Assembly: GCA_964426725.1 (NCBI GenBank)
Contig: CAYRRV010000015.1
Span: 7,765 to 71,764, forward strand
Direction of reading: 5' to 3'
DNA from: an uncultured Bacteroidales bacterium
GTDB lineage: Bacteria; Bacteroidota; Bacteroidia; Bacteroidales; CAYRRV01
Length of the DNA: 64,000 nt
In this document: positions 8,214 to 19,386 of the stretch, piece after piece
How positions within the stretch are numbered: position 1 is the stretch's first letter
Layout of the letters: every line of letters begins with the position of its first letter
Position numbers and translations under genes: made by a program
The notes under the pieces: model-generated
Database searches by the model: none
Told to the model about the DNA's origin: nothing
What the model saw: the letters and a program-made list of their open reading frames with translations, nothing else

Positions 8214-9233
8214 TTAATTCCCGATGATATTTACCTCGGGTTCAAGATAAATATTAAATTTTCGATTTACATCGTCCTGAATCCTCCCGGCGAATTCGAT
8301 AATATCTTTGCCGGAAGCTTTGCCATGATTCACCAAAACCAGGGGTTGATTTTCGTGTACCCCGGCATCACCATCTTGTTTTCCTTTCCAACCTGATTTT
8401 TCAATGAGCCAGGCAGCGGGTATTTTCATCTTATTGCCTGGCAAATTATATGATGGAATAGACGGATATTGAACGACCAGTTTTTCGAACAATTCTTTTG
8501 TTACAACAGGATTTTTAAAGAAACTCCCTGCATTTCCAAGCTTTTCAGGATTCGGAAGCTTTTTTTCCCGAATATCAATTATGGTTTTTCTAATCAACTC
8601 CTGACTGATTTTACCTGATTTTTCAATTGCTTCCTTAACCGGAGCGTAATTAATATTATAAACCGGTTTTTTACTCAACCGGAATACAACGCTCGTGATG
8701 ATCACTCTTCCTTTTAGCTTTGATTTAAATATACTGTCACGGTAGGAAAATTCACATTCCGGGTTCTGAAATCTCCTGACTTGAAGATTACCCAGGTTGA
8801 TAGCTCTTACCTCCTCGATAACTTCACTCACTTCAACACCATAAGCGCCAATATTTTGCACCGGTGAAGTCCCCACGAAACCCGGTATCAAGGATAAATT
8901 CTCAATGCCATGGTACCGGCTTCTAACAGTATACTCAACGAAATCATCCCAATCCTCCCCGGCCATGACCTCCAGCCAGATATTTTTTTCATCTTCCTTT
9001 ATTGTTGAAATTCCTTTCATAAGCGGGTGAAGCACCATACCCGGGTAATTATTGACAAACAAAACATTACTGCCCCCGCTAAGAACCAGCAAATCCAGGC
9101 TGTTTTGTCGCGTGAATTTCAGGGTACCTGTAATATCGTCTATTGATTGACAGATCGAAAAATATTTGGCGCTAACATCGATACCAAAAGTATTGAATTT
9201 TTTAAGTGATATATTTTGTTGTATGTCGGGCAT
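8214..9233 (-). CDS. murB: UDP-N-acetylenolpyruvoylglucosamine reductase
   Basis: The start at ATG 9233 gives MPDIQQNISLKKFNTFGI. FAD-binding (GGGSNVLF-like GGSNVLF) and MurB C-terminal motifs (GNAGSFFKNP, AAWLIE). Confidence 0.9.
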   Translation of the reverse strand: MPDIQQNISLKKFNTFGIDVSAKYFSICQSIDDITGTLKFTRQNSLDLLVLSGGSNVLFVNNYPGMVLHPLMKGISTIKEDEKNIWLEVMAGEDWDDFVEYTVRSRYHGIENLSLIPGFVGTSPVQNIGAYGVEVSEVIEEVRAINLGNLQVRRFQNPECEFSYRDSIFKSKLKGRVIITSVVFRLSKKPVYNINYAPVKEAIEKSGKISQELIRKTIIDIREKKLPNPEKLGNAGSFFKNPVVTKELFEKLVVQYPSIPSYNLPGNKMKIPAAWLIEKSGWKGKQDGDAGVHENQPLVLVNHGKASGKDIIEFAGRIQDDVNRKFNIYLEPEVNIIGN

Positions 9234-9385
9234 AATGATTAATTTGGCCAAAGATAATACAATATTAACGGCCGGGATAATGTTTTTTTGAACATCCCGG
9301 GACATGAAACATTCCATGATTGACATGTCTTTTAAGTTACATGGTATGATTAGAATGAGTACTACATTTTAAAAAAAATAATGGT

Positions 9386-10501
9386 TTGAAGAGAATAATT
9401 CTCGCGGTAATTAACGACATTGCAACAGATCAACGCCTGTATAGAATGGCGGGCAGCCTTGCCAAATCGGGTGCTGAAATCACCCTGGCAGGAAGAATCC
9501 TTCGCGGAAGCCCTGAAATACAGGGATTACCTTTCAGGATTGTTCGTTTTCGCCTGCCGGTAAACAAGGGATTTCTATTTTACGGTATATATAACATCAG
9601 GTTGTTCTTTTATCTCTTATTGAACAGGTACGATATCATCGTGTCCAATGACCTGGATACTTTACCAGCTTGCTTTTTTGCTTCCGTGTTTAGTAAGAGT
9701 AAACTCGTGTTTGATAGTCATGAACTTTTCACAGAGGTGCCTGAACTTGAAGGCAGGCAACTGGTTAAAAAAACGTGGCTTTTTTTAGAACGTATGATCC
9801 TGCCCCGCGTAAAACATGCTATCACTGTTTCCGATAGTGTGGCAAAAGAATATGAAAAGCGGTATAACATAGAAATGACAGTAATTCGAAACCTCCCCCT
9901 GACCCGGGAGACAGGTATCCCGAAAATACCTGAACTTGAAAAGATTACAAACAGGATCATTCTCTACCAGGGTGCGGTTAATAAGGGAAGAGGTCTTGAA
10001 AGGTTAACAGAAGCCATGGCCTATTTGAAGGACTATTATCTTATTATAGCTGGAGATGGGGATATAATGCAGGAATTAAAAGAGAGAGTACACAACCTGG
10101 AATTAACAAAACAGGTGATTTTTACAGGAAGACTACTTCCCGATGAATTAAAAAAGTATACTGCCTATGCTACAATTGGTGTCTCTTTGGAAGAAAGTTA
10201 CAGCCTTAATTATTATTACTCATTACCCAATAAATTATTCTCCTACATTCATGCTGGCGTGCCCTGCCTGGTGTCCCCCTTTCCAGAGATGCAAAAAATC
10301 ATTGAACAATATGACGTTGGTAAAGTCTCCGGGGCAAAAAATCCTGAAGAGCTGGCCAATGAATTATCAAATATGCTAAAAGATAAGACCGCACACGCGG
10401 CATGGAAACAAAACTGCCTGAAAGCCAGAAAAATGCTTTGCTGGGAGAAAGAAGAAGAAAAAGTTTTCAAAGTTTACAATCAGCTTGGTCTGAATTTTTA
10501 A
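9386..10501 (+). CDS. glycosyltransferase family 4/1
   Basis: 371 aa with a TTG start. C-terminal GT1 fold signature (ILYQGAVNKGRG...GDG...E-x7-E-like region). Confidence 0.75.
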   Translation: MKRIILAVINDIATDQRLYRMAGSLAKSGAEITLAGRILRGSPEIQGLPFRIVRFRLPVNKGFLFYGIYNIRLFFYLLLNRYDIIVSNDLDTLPACFFASVFSKSKLVFDSHELFTEVPELEGRQLVKKTWLFLERMILPRVKHAITVSDSVAKEYEKRYNIEMTVIRNLPLTRETGIPKIPELEKITNRIILYQGAVNKGRGLERLTEAMAYLKDYYLIIAGDGDIMQELKERVHNLELTKQVIFTGRLLPDELKKYTAYATIGVSLEESYSLNYYYSLPNKLFSYIHAGVPCLVSPFPEMQKIIEQYDVGKVSGAKNPEELANELSNMLKDKTAHAAWKQNCLKARKMLCWEKEEEKVFKVYNQLGLNF

Positions 10502-10509
10502 GTTTTTGT

Positions 10510-11079
10510 TCATCCTCTGTTTTTATAAGTATTATAATAAAGAATCTCATTCATAGATTTTCTTTTCTTTTCTACTACCCTTTCATCAGCAGGATATCCC
10601 AGGGTAATGATTAGCAGAACTCTTTTAGAGGCAGGTACACCCAGTAATTGCTTGACATTTTTCTCATTGAACCACCCAAGCATGCATGTTCCAAGCCCTT
10701 CTGCCGCGGCCTGAAGACAAAAATGCACGGCGGCAATACCAATATCCATCCAAGGAAATACCTTATCTCTTATGGTTTGTCCGAGGCGCGAAGTAATATT
10801 TGCTTTTTCCTGCACCACAGCTACATGTACCGGTGCCTGTCGGGTAAAATGATTCAGTGGAAGTAAACGGTTCGATGTTTGCTCGGCCACCTTGTTTTTG
10901 AGCTCTTCATCATCGATCACGATAAAAGACCAGGGCTGTGCGTTGCAGGCTGAAGGAGCCAGACGGGCAGCTTCAATGCATCTGAATATTTTATCCTTTT
11001 CCACTGCTTTCGAGCGGTAATTCCTAACACTCCGCCTGATTTTCACGAGGTTAAGAAATATTTCACCTGACTTATTCAT
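10510..11079 (-). CDS. nitroreductase family protein
   Basis: RRSVRNY...AARLAPSACNAQPW nitroreductase signature. 189 aa. Confidence 0.85.
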   Translation of the reverse strand: MNKSGEIFLNLVKIRRSVRNYRSKAVEKDKIFRCIEAARLAPSACNAQPWSFIVIDDEELKNKVAEQTSNRLLPLNHFTRQAPVHVAVVQEKANITSRLGQTIRDKVFPWMDIGIAAVHFCLQAAAEGLGTCMLGWFNEKNVKQLLGVPASKRVLLIITLGYPADERVVEKKRKSMNEILYYNTYKNRG

Positions 11080-11090
11080 TTTCTCGGTAT

Positions 11091-11186
11091 TAGTGACGCG
11101 TTACATTTACAATTATATAGAATGAATGTTCGTCATTTTGAACAACTATCACAGATCAGCCAACATTTTTTTCATTGACAATACAT
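11091..11186 (+). repeat. ~95-nt intergenic repeat family, copy 4
   Basis: TAGTGACGCGTTAC...CTATCACAGATCAGCCAACATTTTTTTCATTGACAATACAT. The palindrome starts 12 nt from the divergent nitroreductase start and the 3' block points to the CNNM gene. Confidence 0.7.
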
Positions 11187-11298
11187 TAGAGCAAAAACCA
11201 ATGATTATGAAAATCTTCATTTTTTCCATTATAAATAAAAAGTTTTTTGATTTGACTCGACAAAATTAATTATTTTTACACGCGAGAACCCGATTTTT

Positions 11299-12345
11299 AT
11301 GGTAATACTATTTTTTTATCTTTTTATCGCGCTTTTTTTTTCATTTATTTGTTCCATGCTCGAGGCCGCCCTACTTAGCATCACTCCATCTTATATTAAC
11401 TACGAGCTAAACAAGGGTACTCGCAAGGGAAAACTCCTGAGCCGCTATAAAAAAAATATTGATTTACCATTGGCGGCAATTTTAACCCTCAACACTTTTG
11501 CGCACACGATAGGTGCTTCTGGAGTAGGCGCGCAGGCGCAACAAATTTGGGGAAATGCCTATGTAACTGCCACTTCTATCATTTTAACCATTATTATTCT
11601 CGTTTTTTCAGAAATCATTCCCAAAACCATTGGAGCCATATTCTGGAAACCCTTATCAGGTTTTACCGCCACGTCTTTAACTATTCTTATCTATTCCCCG
11701 CTTTACCCATTTGTTATTCTCAGTCAACAAGTTACACGCATTTTTAGAAAAAAAGGTGATACTTCCTCCGTGCTTTCAAGAGATGAATTTCATGCGCTTG
11801 CCGAACTTGGTATCAGCGAGGGAATCTTTAGAGAGGAAGAATCATCCGTGTTACGAAATATCATGAAATTCAGCACTATAATGGCCAGAAGTATCATGAC
11901 TCCCCGGGTGGTTGTAAAGGCTGCTGATGAAAAAGAAATAATTGAAGAATTTTACGAGACAAACAAGAATCTTCGTTTTTCAAGAATACCCGTTTACGAG
12001 AATTCAATCGATCAGATTACCGGGTTTGTTCTCAAAGATGATATCCTGAAAAATATAATAGAGAATAATGGTTATAAACCATTGAAAAGCATTAAACGTG
12101 AAATTCCTTATGTTCATGAACAAATGACGCTGGTAAAGCTATTTAACCTGTTAATAGCGTCAAAGGTTCAACTGGCAGCAGTTGTAGGAGAATACGGGGA
12201 GTTCATGGGTGTTGTGAGCATGGAAGATATTATTGAAACCTTAACAGGGCTGGAAATCATGGACGAGATGGACCGGGTAGAAGATCTTCAGGAACTGGCA
12301 CGGAAAAACTGGGAACAACGTGCCCGGAGAATGGGTCTTATCTGA
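11299..12345 (+). CDS. CNNM / HlyC-CorC family transporter (DUF21 + CBS pair)
   Basis: N-terminal multi-TM DUF21 region (SMLEAALLS), then a CBS pair (IMTPRVVV..., VVGEYGEFMGVVSMEDIIE). Confidence 0.85.
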   Translation: MVILFFYLFIALFFSFICSMLEAALLSITPSYINYELNKGTRKGKLLSRYKKNIDLPLAAILTLNTFAHTIGASGVGAQAQQIWGNAYVTATSIILTIIILVFSEIIPKTIGAIFWKPLSGFTATSLTILIYSPLYPFVILSQQVTRIFRKKGDTSSVLSRDEFHALAELGISEGIFREEESSVLRNIMKFSTIMARSIMTPRVVVKAADEKEIIEEFYETNKNLRFSRIPVYENSIDQITGFVLKDDILKNIIENNGYKPLKSIKREIPYVHEQMTLVKLFNLLIASKVQLAAVVGEYGEFMGVVSMEDIIETLTGLEIMDEMDRVEDLQELARKNWEQRARRMGLI

Positions 12346-12354
12346 CTTTTCAGG

Positions 12355-12972
12355 TTACTCGCAACACATGTTAATCTTGTATGAGATGCCAATCCTCCCC
12401 GCGAAACCGTATCCACCATTTTCATTATGAACACCGAGGTGCTCCATCTGCTTCAAATCCTTGTTAATCGACCCCATGTAGATTCCACCTCCTGCTGCTG
12501 CATCAAGATACAACCCTCCAAACATTTTTAATGAAAAACCAAACCCTGCAAAATGTTCGAGGGAGGAAATAATGGCATTCTCGTTTACCGGAAAAGCAGA
12601 CCCTGATATATTTTCCGGTTCAGCTATAAAATTTGGTCCCGAGCTCCTGTAGATAAAGTTATAGTATAAGTATGGATTAATTATTCTTTGCCCGATAGCT
12701 TGATTTTTTTTGCCTAAAAAGACACGGTATTGCATCTCTGCACCGGTAAATTTTTGATGTTCCATCTCGTAAATAGCACCCAGCAGCATTTCCCGGCGGT
12801 TATTATGCATGCTCATTGCCATGTTCATGGCATGACCATGACCGCTGCAAGTTACGGCTTCCGAGAAATGCAGCCCAAAACTTCTAACGGCCAAACCTTC
12901 CACTGTTTGTCCTGTCATGTTCTCTAAACTTGCTATGCAAAAAATTATCGCTACTAATTTCAACTTCTTCAT
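12355..12972 (-). CDS. hypothetical outer-membrane beta-barrel-like protein
   Basis: Signal peptide MKKLKLVAIIFCIASL and a Gly/aromatic-rich alternating pattern toward the C-terminus. No specific family recognised. Confidence 0.45.
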   Translation of the reverse strand: MKKLKLVAIIFCIASLENMTGQTVEGLAVRSFGLHFSEAVTCSGHGHAMNMAMSMHNNRREMLLGAIYEMEHQKFTGAEMQYRVFLGKKNQAIGQRIINPYLYYNFIYRSSGPNFIAEPENISGSAFPVNENAIISSLEHFAGFGFSLKMFGGLYLDAAAGGGIYMGSINKDLKQMEHLGVHNENGGYGFAGRIGISYKINMCCE

Positions 12973-13081
12973 TGCCCTGGTTCTTGGTTCTATAATTATT
13001 TACGGGATGCCTGTCTCCCGGTTAGCCTGTCGGCAATGAGATAAGTCAGCAGTATAAATGATTTTTGTTATTAATACAAGG

Positions 13082-13116
13082 AATAAAAATAACCGGTCTC
13101 AAATGACACCGGTTAT
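13082..13116 (-). terminator. rho-independent terminator of the 2-oxoacid oxidoreductase operon
   Basis: ATAACCGGT-10 nt loop-ACCGGTTAT. On the minus strand it is followed by TTTTTATT. Confidence 0.6.
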
Positions 13117-13181
13117 AATAAAATGATGATACAAATCAATATTATTTCAGACTTCTTTGAATATCAGCTATTTTTATTCTA

Positions 13182-13733
13182 TTAAGCAGGAGATTTTTCT
13201 TTCACAATGCTCATTCCTCTCTTGAGGGCTTCTTCATTTAGAGGAATGAGGTGATGATGGCGTTCTGGAAGTGACTCGCGCAAACCCTTTATTACATTTT
13301 CGAGATCTACCAGGGGTTTTATCTTCAGGTAAGCCCCCAACACTATCATGTTGAATGTTTTGGTGGAACCCATTTTCGCGGCTTCAGACACGGCGTCAAC
13401 CATGTAGATGTTAAGATCATCACGCTCGGGATGTTTTGTAATACCGTTATTATCATATAACAATAACCCACCCTTTTTTATCATGGGTTCAAATTTATCA
13501 AGTGATTGCTGATTCAAAAGAATAGCTGTATCATATTGATTAAGCACGGGAGAACTTACCCGCTCATCCGAGAGTATCACGGTTACATTAGCTGTCCCCC
13601 CGCGCATCTCGGGCCCGTAGGAAGGCATCCAACTCACCTCCTTGTTCTGCATAATTCCGGAATAGGCCAGTATTTTTCCCATGGAAAGAACACCTTGCCC
13701 ACCAAATCCAGCGATAATAATTTCTTCAGTCAT
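13182..13733 (-). CDS. 2-oxoacid:ferredoxin oxidoreductase, gamma subunit
   Basis: IIAGFGGQGVLSMGKILA...PSYGPEMRGG signature of POR/KOR/VOR gamma subunits. Confidence 0.9.
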   Translation of the reverse strand: MTEEIIIAGFGGQGVLSMGKILAYSGIMQNKEVSWMPSYGPEMRGGTANVTVILSDERVSSPVLNQYDTAILLNQQSLDKFEPMIKKGGLLLYDNNGITKHPERDDLNIYMVDAVSEAAKMGSTKTFNMIVLGAYLKIKPLVDLENVIKGLRESLPERHHHLIPLNEEALKRGMSIVKEKSPA

Positions 13734-13752
13734 GACTTGAATATTTTACCAT

Positions 13753-14544
13753 TTATGCTTTGCTACTTTTTTCGACAATTTCTCCATTTACCTTTAAATC
13801 ACCCAGTGGATAAACCGGAAACATATTTTCCTCCATCCATTTATTGGCTTGGACAGGTGTCATTTTCCATCCGGAATTACAATTGGAAACTATTTCAATC
13901 ATAGAAAGACCTTTCTTTAGTTTTTGATTTTCAAAACCCATTCTGATTGCCTTCCTGGCTTTCCTGACATTACCGGGGGTGTGTACAGAATGCCGGCTTA
14001 CAAAATAGGTGCCGGGCAATTGAGCAACCATATCCGTAATTAAAAGTGGATTTCCCATGGTAGCCACGTCTCGTCCATAGGGGGAAGTAGATGATTTCAT
14101 TCCCGGCAGGGTTGTTGGAGCCATCTGCCCCCCTGTCATCCCGTAAATACCATTGTTGATATAGATAATTGTAATATTCTCTCCCCTGTTACAGGCATGA
14201 ATAGTTTCTGCTGTTCCAATGGCTGCCAAATCACCATCTCCCTGGTATGTAAAAACGAATTTATCGGGCCAGCATCTTTTTATACCCGTGGCAACAGCGG
14301 GTGCCCGCCCGTGTGCTGCCTGCGCCATGTCAATATCCATGAACTCGTAAGCCATAACACTGCATCCTACTGGAGCTATCCCGATGGTATCCTGTTGTAT
14401 GCCCATATCCTCTATTACTTCCATGATAATCCTGTGAGTAGTTCCATGTCCACAACCCGGGCAATAAGATAAAGTTTTGTCCGTGAGTAATCCTGTTTTC
14501 TTGTAAACAAGATTCTCGTCTGATATTATTTCATTTACATTCAT
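13753..14544 (-). CDS. 2-oxoacid:ferredoxin oxidoreductase, beta (TPP-binding) subunit
   Basis: CPGCGH and the GDGD...N TPP-binding motif (YQGDGDLAAIG...INNGIYGMTGGQ). Confidence 0.9.
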   Translation of the reverse strand: MNVNEIISDENLVYKKTGLLTDKTLSYCPGCGHGTTHRIIMEVIEDMGIQQDTIGIAPVGCSVMAYEFMDIDMAQAAHGRAPAVATGIKRCWPDKFVFTYQGDGDLAAIGTAETIHACNRGENITIIYINNGIYGMTGGQMAPTTLPGMKSSTSPYGRDVATMGNPLLITDMVAQLPGTYFVSRHSVHTPGNVRKARKAIRMGFENQKLKKGLSMIEIVSNCNSGWKMTPVQANKWMEENMFPVYPLGDLKVNGEIVEKSSKA

Positions 14545-14546
14545 GA

Positions 14547-15617
14547 TTAACCTCCGATAATTTTTTGTTCAAGGGCTTTAACTACTTCTTCGGGAGAATG
14601 AATCATGCCCCCGAAACGTCCAAAATGTTCTACCTTTACTTTACCTTCAACAGCCAGCTTTACATCCTCTACCATCTGTCCCGTGCTCAATTCAACCGAG
14701 AGTATACCTTTTACCTTGCCGCTGAGATCGGCGATTTCTTTCCCAGGAAAGGGAAACAAGGTCATCGGTCTCAACAATCCGGCACGTATATTTTTCTCTC
14801 TCGCCAGTTGTACGGCTTTTTGACAAATTCTAGCGCTTGATCCGTAAGCCACGAGAAGATATTCTGCATCGTCACAGGCAATTTTCTCAAAGCGTACTTC
14901 TTTTTCCTTGATCGTGTTGTACTTCTTAATCAGTTTTTGGTTATGAATTTCCTGCTCGGCGGGATCAAGATTGAGCGAAGTCACGATATTTCTTTCCCTG
15001 TCAGGTGTTTTTCCAGTTATCACCCAGCTCTGATCAAACTCATTTGTCCGGGGAACTGATTCGAACAACTCCACTTTTTCCATCATTTGCCCAATTAATC
15101 CATCGGAAAGAATCATGGCCGGGTTCCGGTATTTGAATGCCAAATCAAAGCCTAGTTTAACAAAATCGGCCATTTCCTGTACCGAAGCGGGAGCAAGAAC
15201 GATCAAGCGGTAATCACCATGTCCCCCACCCTTGGTTGCCTGAAAATAATCGGCTTGTGAAGGCTGGATTGTCCCTAAACCCGGACCTCCCCTGACCACG
15301 TTCACGATCAAGCAGGGTAGTTCTGCCCCTGCAATATAGGAAATACCTTCCTGTTTGAGGCTAATACCGGGTGAGGAGGAAGAAGTCATGACCTTCTTAC
15401 CCGTGCTGGCAGCTCCATATACCATGTTAATCGCGGCAATTTCACTTTCGGCCTGTAAAACGACCATACCAGTTCGTTCTTCCGGCTTTTCAGCCATCAG
15501 GTATTCAAGAATCTCTGATTGAGGGGTAATCGGATAACCGAAATATGCATCGCAACCCGAGCGGATTGCCGCTTCGGCTATTGCCTCATTACCCTTCATT
15601 AATCTAAGTTCTCCCAT
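14547..15617 (-). CDS. 2-oxoacid:ferredoxin oxidoreductase, alpha subunit
   Basis: MKGNEAIAEAAIRSGCDAYFGYPITPQSEI typical N-terminus. 3-nt gap to the beta subunit. Confidence 0.9.
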   Translation of the reverse strand: MGELRLMKGNEAIAEAAIRSGCDAYFGYPITPQSEILEYLMAEKPEERTGMVVLQAESEIAAINMVYGAASTGKKVMTSSSSPGISLKQEGISYIAGAELPCLIVNVVRGGPGLGTIQPSQADYFQATKGGGHGDYRLIVLAPASVQEMADFVKLGFDLAFKYRNPAMILSDGLIGQMMEKVELFESVPRTNEFDQSWVITGKTPDRERNIVTSLNLDPAEQEIHNQKLIKKYNTIKEKEVRFEKIACDDAEYLLVAYGSSARICQKAVQLAREKNIRAGLLRPMTLFPFPGKEIADLSGKVKGILSVELSTGQMVEDVKLAVEGKVKVEHFGRFGGMIHSPEEVVKALEQKIIGG

Positions 15618-15627
15618 TGATAATGTT

Positions 15628-15867
15628 TTATGATTTTACCATTTCCTTCTTTAACCTGTACACGCTGATAACGCCGTCAGGACATACTATTGCGCAATTT
15701 GAGCAACCGATACAATTCTCGGGATATTCCATGTAGGCAAAATGATAACCTTTCCCGTTAACTTCACTGCTCATTTTTATCACGTTCGTAGGACAAGAAA
15801 CCACGCAAAGCTCACAACCTTTGCATCCTTCAATATCCACTACAATAGCTCCTCTTGCTTTTGCCAT
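15628..15867 (-). CDS. 4Fe-4S dicluster ferredoxin (delta subunit of the oxidoreductase)
   Basis: Two CxxCxxCxxxCP motifs (CKGCELCVVSCP, CIGCSNCAIVCP) in 79 aa. Confidence 0.9.
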   Translation of the reverse strand: MAKARGAIVVDIEGCKGCELCVVSCPTNVIKMSSEVNGKGYHFAYMEYPENCIGCSNCAIVCPDGVISVYRLKKEMVKS

Positions 15868-16024
15868 AATATATATTTTTTTTTATTTTCAATAATCAAA
15901 GTTAATGAATCTGGATTAAAATGTCCGGAAAAACAGGCATGATAATTGACATGCCAGTAGATGTTATATAAAATAGGTCTTTTCAATATTTAACGTTTTA
16001 ATAATAACATTATTATCAAAAAAA

Positions 16025-17344
16025 CTAAGGTACAGGGTGATCTTCCCTGAATTTACGCAAACGATCTTCTAAATCCGGGAATTGATCCTGTCCTACCTGA
16101 GAAACACATGCTCTTAAGCCTTCTTTTCTAGAACTGCCAGTTATTTCCAGGGAAATCGCGCTTATACCATAATACAACATTTCTTGGAGCAAATCAGCCC
16201 CATTGAAACCCGGGTAAGCAATTGTGAAGTAAAAACCATCGGCCACTGGTTCATCAATATCCTTATCATAAACAACATGAAATCCATTCTCGGTAAAAAG
16301 CTGTTTCATCACCGTTGCTCTCTTCTCGTATTCCCTCACACCATCCACGAAATTATAATTTCCATCATTCACTGCCTTAAGCATGGCGTGCAAAGCGTAT
16401 TGAGCCGAATGAGATGTTCCGGCCGACAAGGAGTATAATGCCCCGTAAATGGTCGCGTGCCCGAAAATATCAGACGTGAAAAAGCGTTTAAGCCCGGTAT
16501 ATTTCTTGGGGAATAAATCATCTGATATCAGGAGAGATGATATCCTCTGCCCTGCATAACTAAAGGCTTTGGAGCTGGATATCAGCAGGATATAATCGCT
16601 GGTATAATTCGCTACAGACGGCTGATAAGGTGGCTTCCCGGGGATGCCATAGTTTTTCCTGAAGTCCATCCCAAAATAAGCCAGGTCTTCAATCACGATT
16701 ACACCGTACTTTTGTGCCAGGCTTCCTATAATTTCCAGTTCCTCCGGTGTAAAACAAATCCAGGAGGGATTATTTGGATTAGAATAAATTACCGATGAAA
16801 TATTACCTCGTGAAAAATAAGATTCTATTTTATCTCTAAGTTTTTCACCACGGTAATCATAAACATCAAATGTCTCGTATTTTAATCCCAGGACATGATG
16901 CTGTTGTTTCTGCACCGGAAAACCGGGATCGATAAAGAGGGTAGTATCCTTGACCGGATCACATCTTCCGGCCACCATGAATGCCGCCATCGCTCCCTGC
17001 ATGGAACCAACAGTTGGGATACAATTCACGGGATTTACATCAATATTCAAGAAAAGTTTCGCGAACCTGGCAATTTCCGTTTTAAGAACAGGTATACCCT
17101 CGATCATGGGATAAATGGAAGCCACGTCGTTTTTCAAGGCTTCAATTTCCGCTTCAACACCTACCTGATTGGGTTTTAAGCCCGGTACCCCCATTTCCAT
17201 CCTGACAAATTTTATCCCGGTTGCCTCTTCGATATTGCTGACAAGTCTTACCAGTTCCCGTATTGAAGCTCTTCCCACTGAAGGAAAACCTGATTGCTTA
17301 ATTAAATTACTGACTATTTTGCTGTTAACAGGTGTATTTTTCAT
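16025..17344 (-). CDS. PLP-dependent aminotransferase (class I/II)
   Basis: 439 aa. NPNNPS and SSSKAFSYAGQR (Lys-PLP region) motifs. Confidence 0.8.
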   Translation of the reverse strand: MKNTPVNSKIVSNLIKQSGFPSVGRASIRELVRLVSNIEEATGIKFVRMEMGVPGLKPNQVGVEAEIEALKNDVASIYPMIEGIPVLKTEIARFAKLFLNIDVNPVNCIPTVGSMQGAMAAFMVAGRCDPVKDTTLFIDPGFPVQKQQHHVLGLKYETFDVYDYRGEKLRDKIESYFSRGNISSVIYSNPNNPSWICFTPEELEIIGSLAQKYGVIVIEDLAYFGMDFRKNYGIPGKPPYQPSVANYTSDYILLISSSKAFSYAGQRISSLLISDDLFPKKYTGLKRFFTSDIFGHATIYGALYSLSAGTSHSAQYALHAMLKAVNDGNYNFVDGVREYEKRATVMKQLFTENGFHVVYDKDIDEPVADGFYFTIAYPGFNGADLLQEMLYYGISAISLEITGSSRKEGLRACVSQVGQDQFPDLEDRLRKFREDHPVP

Positions 17345-17422
17345 TCATTATTAAATTTTGGAACCCCAATTTAAGAATATCATGGGTGAAAAAACCGGAA
17401 ACCAACATGTTTAGAAACAACC

Positions 17423-18724
17423 TTACCGGATATTCCGCTTATCAATTACTCTTTTGGATTTACCCTCACTTCTTTCAATGGTTTTGGGCTCGACCAGTTT
17501 CACTTCAACATTAATTCCCAGGGTACTTTCCAGGTTATGCTGTATTTTTTTTCTCAGGTCTTGCAACTGGCTGATTCGGTCCAGGAAGAAAGCCTCCTCT
17601 ACCTCAACAAGTACCTGCATCATATCCAGGTTATTTACCCGGTCCACGATTATCAGGTAGTGTGGCTTGGTTTCACTTATCTCCAGCAACACGGTCTCGA
17701 TCTGGGAAGGAAAAATATTTACACCCCTGATAATCAACATGTCATCACTTCGACCCATGCACTTGGCCATCCGTACCAACGTACGGCCACATCTGCATTT
17801 ATGTGTAGTGAGCGTTGTTAAATCACTCGTCCGGTAACGAACAAGCGGCAAGCCTTCTTTTGTAAGGGTAGTAAAAACAAGCTCTCCTTTCTCTCCTTCC
17901 TTCAAAGGCTCGAGGGTAACTGGGTCAATTATCTCGGGTAAAAAATGATCTTCATTGATATGCAGGCCATCCTGATATTCACACTCGCTGGCCACTCCGG
18001 GACCGATAATCTCACTCAGTCCATAAATATCAATTGCACGAATATTCAGCTTATTTTCAATTTCATGCCGCATGTTATCGGTCCAGGGTTCTGCTCCAAA
18101 AACTCCAACTTTCAATCTCAATGTATCTTTGCTCATACCAATTTCTTCCATGGCCTCGGCCAGGTAGAGTGCATATGACGGAGTACAGGCAATAGCGGTA
18201 CTACCAAAATCCCGCATAAGCTGAAGCTGTCGTTTGGTATTGCCTCCTGAGACTGGTATAACAACGGCTCCAATTTTCTCTCCCCCGTAATGAATACCCA
18301 GACCTCCCGTGAAAAGTCCATACCCGTAGGCGATCTGAATGAAATCGTTTCTTTCAATTCCCGCGCATGTCAGGGTTCTGGCAACAACCTCCGACCATGT
18401 CGCCAAGTCTTTACGGGTATATCCCACGACAGTTGGCCTCCCTGTTGTTCCTGAGGAGGCATGCAGACGCACTATTTCACTCAGTGGACTGGCAAAAAGA
18501 CCGAAAGGATAGTGCTCCCGTAAATCATCTTTGGTAGTAAAAGGCAACCGAGTTAACCCGTCGGTAGTTTGAATATCCTCGGGATTTATACCTGCTTTCT
18601 GCATCCTGTCCCTGTAAAAGGGAACATTAAAATATACTCTTTCGACAAGTTCCCTAAGCCTTTCACCCTGAATTATTTTCATCTCATCCCGCGACATGCA
18701 TTCTGCAGTAATATTCCAAATCAT
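17423..18724 (-). CDS. paaK: phenylacetate-CoA ligase family (PaaK-like aryl/acyl-CoA ligase)
   Basis: 433 aa. [12 protein letters not shown]-binding motif and a PaaK-type N-terminus ([17 protein letters not shown]). Confidence 0.85.
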   Translation of the reverse strand: MIWNITAECMSRDEMKIIQGERLRELVERVYFNVPFYRDRMQKAGINPEDIQTTDGLTRLPFTTKDDLREHYPFGLFASPLSEIVRLHASSGTTGRPTVVGYTRKDLATWSEVVARTLTCAGIERNDFIQIAYGYGLFTGGLGIHYGGEKIGAVVIPVSGGNTKRQLQLMRDFGSTAIACTPSYALYLAEAMEEIGMSKDTLRLKVGVFGAEPWTDNMRHEIENKLNIRAIDIYGLSEIIGPGVASECEYQDGLHINEDHFLPEIIDPVTLEPLKEGEKGELVFTTLTKEGLPLVRYRTSDLTTLTTHKCRCGRTLVRMAKCMGRSDDMLIIRGVNIFPSQIETVLLEISETKPHYLIIVDRVNNLDMMQVLVEVEEAFFLDRISQLQDLRKKIQHNLESTLGINVEVKLVEPKTIERSEGKSKRVIDKRNIR

Positions 18725-18735
18725 CGGTAAAATAT

Positions 18736-19161
18736 TTACAAGTTATTTAATTCTTTCGCGTTTAGTAATTCCATGTTATTTTCCTGAATGGCGCTGATAG
18801 CCGTGTCAGTATCTTCCGTTCGCATAACCAGGGCAGCTTTGTCGCCAATCGAGAATGCATACATGTATTCAATACTGATATTTTTATCGGACAGAATCTT
18901 CAAAGCCTTGGCAAAAGAACCTGATTCACAAGGCGTAGCAATCATCAACACGTCTGTCAGGTTTACACTGAATTCTTTATTTTTTAGTATTCTATATGCT
19001 TTATCGGGTTCTGATACCAGCATTCTCAGTATCCCGAACTCAGAAGTATCGGCCACGGTGAGTGCTTTGATATTGATAGTTTCGTCACCCAGTGCACTTA
19101 GCACTTCTGTTATCCGCCCGGACTTATTTTCCAGGAAAACAGATAATTGTTTAATTAACAT
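18736..19161 (-). CDS. ACT domain-containing protein
   Basis: 141 aa. [17 protein letters not shown] tandem ACT pattern, a usual partner of PaaK-like ligases. Confidence 0.8.
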   Translation of the reverse strand: MLIKQLSVFLENKSGRITEVLSALGDETINIKALTVADTSEFGILRMLVSEPDKAYRILKNKEFSVNLTDVLMIATPCESGSFAKALKILSDKNISIEYMYAFSIGDKAALVMRTEDTDTAISAIQENNMELLNAKELNNL

Positions 19162-19386
19162 GATATTCTCCTTTCCTTTTTAGTATATTGTATAACACAA
19201 CATTTTTTAAAAGACAAACTCAAAATGTGACTCAAGCAAAATCTAAAATTTAAATTAGACTGATGTAATCAGTTTAAAAGTAGCGAAAATTATAGAAAAT
19301 TATTGAGAATGGAAAATACAACTATCATTCCATGAAAAATCATGGGCAAAAAAATAACAAAACGTGACAGGAAATGAAGCAGATAT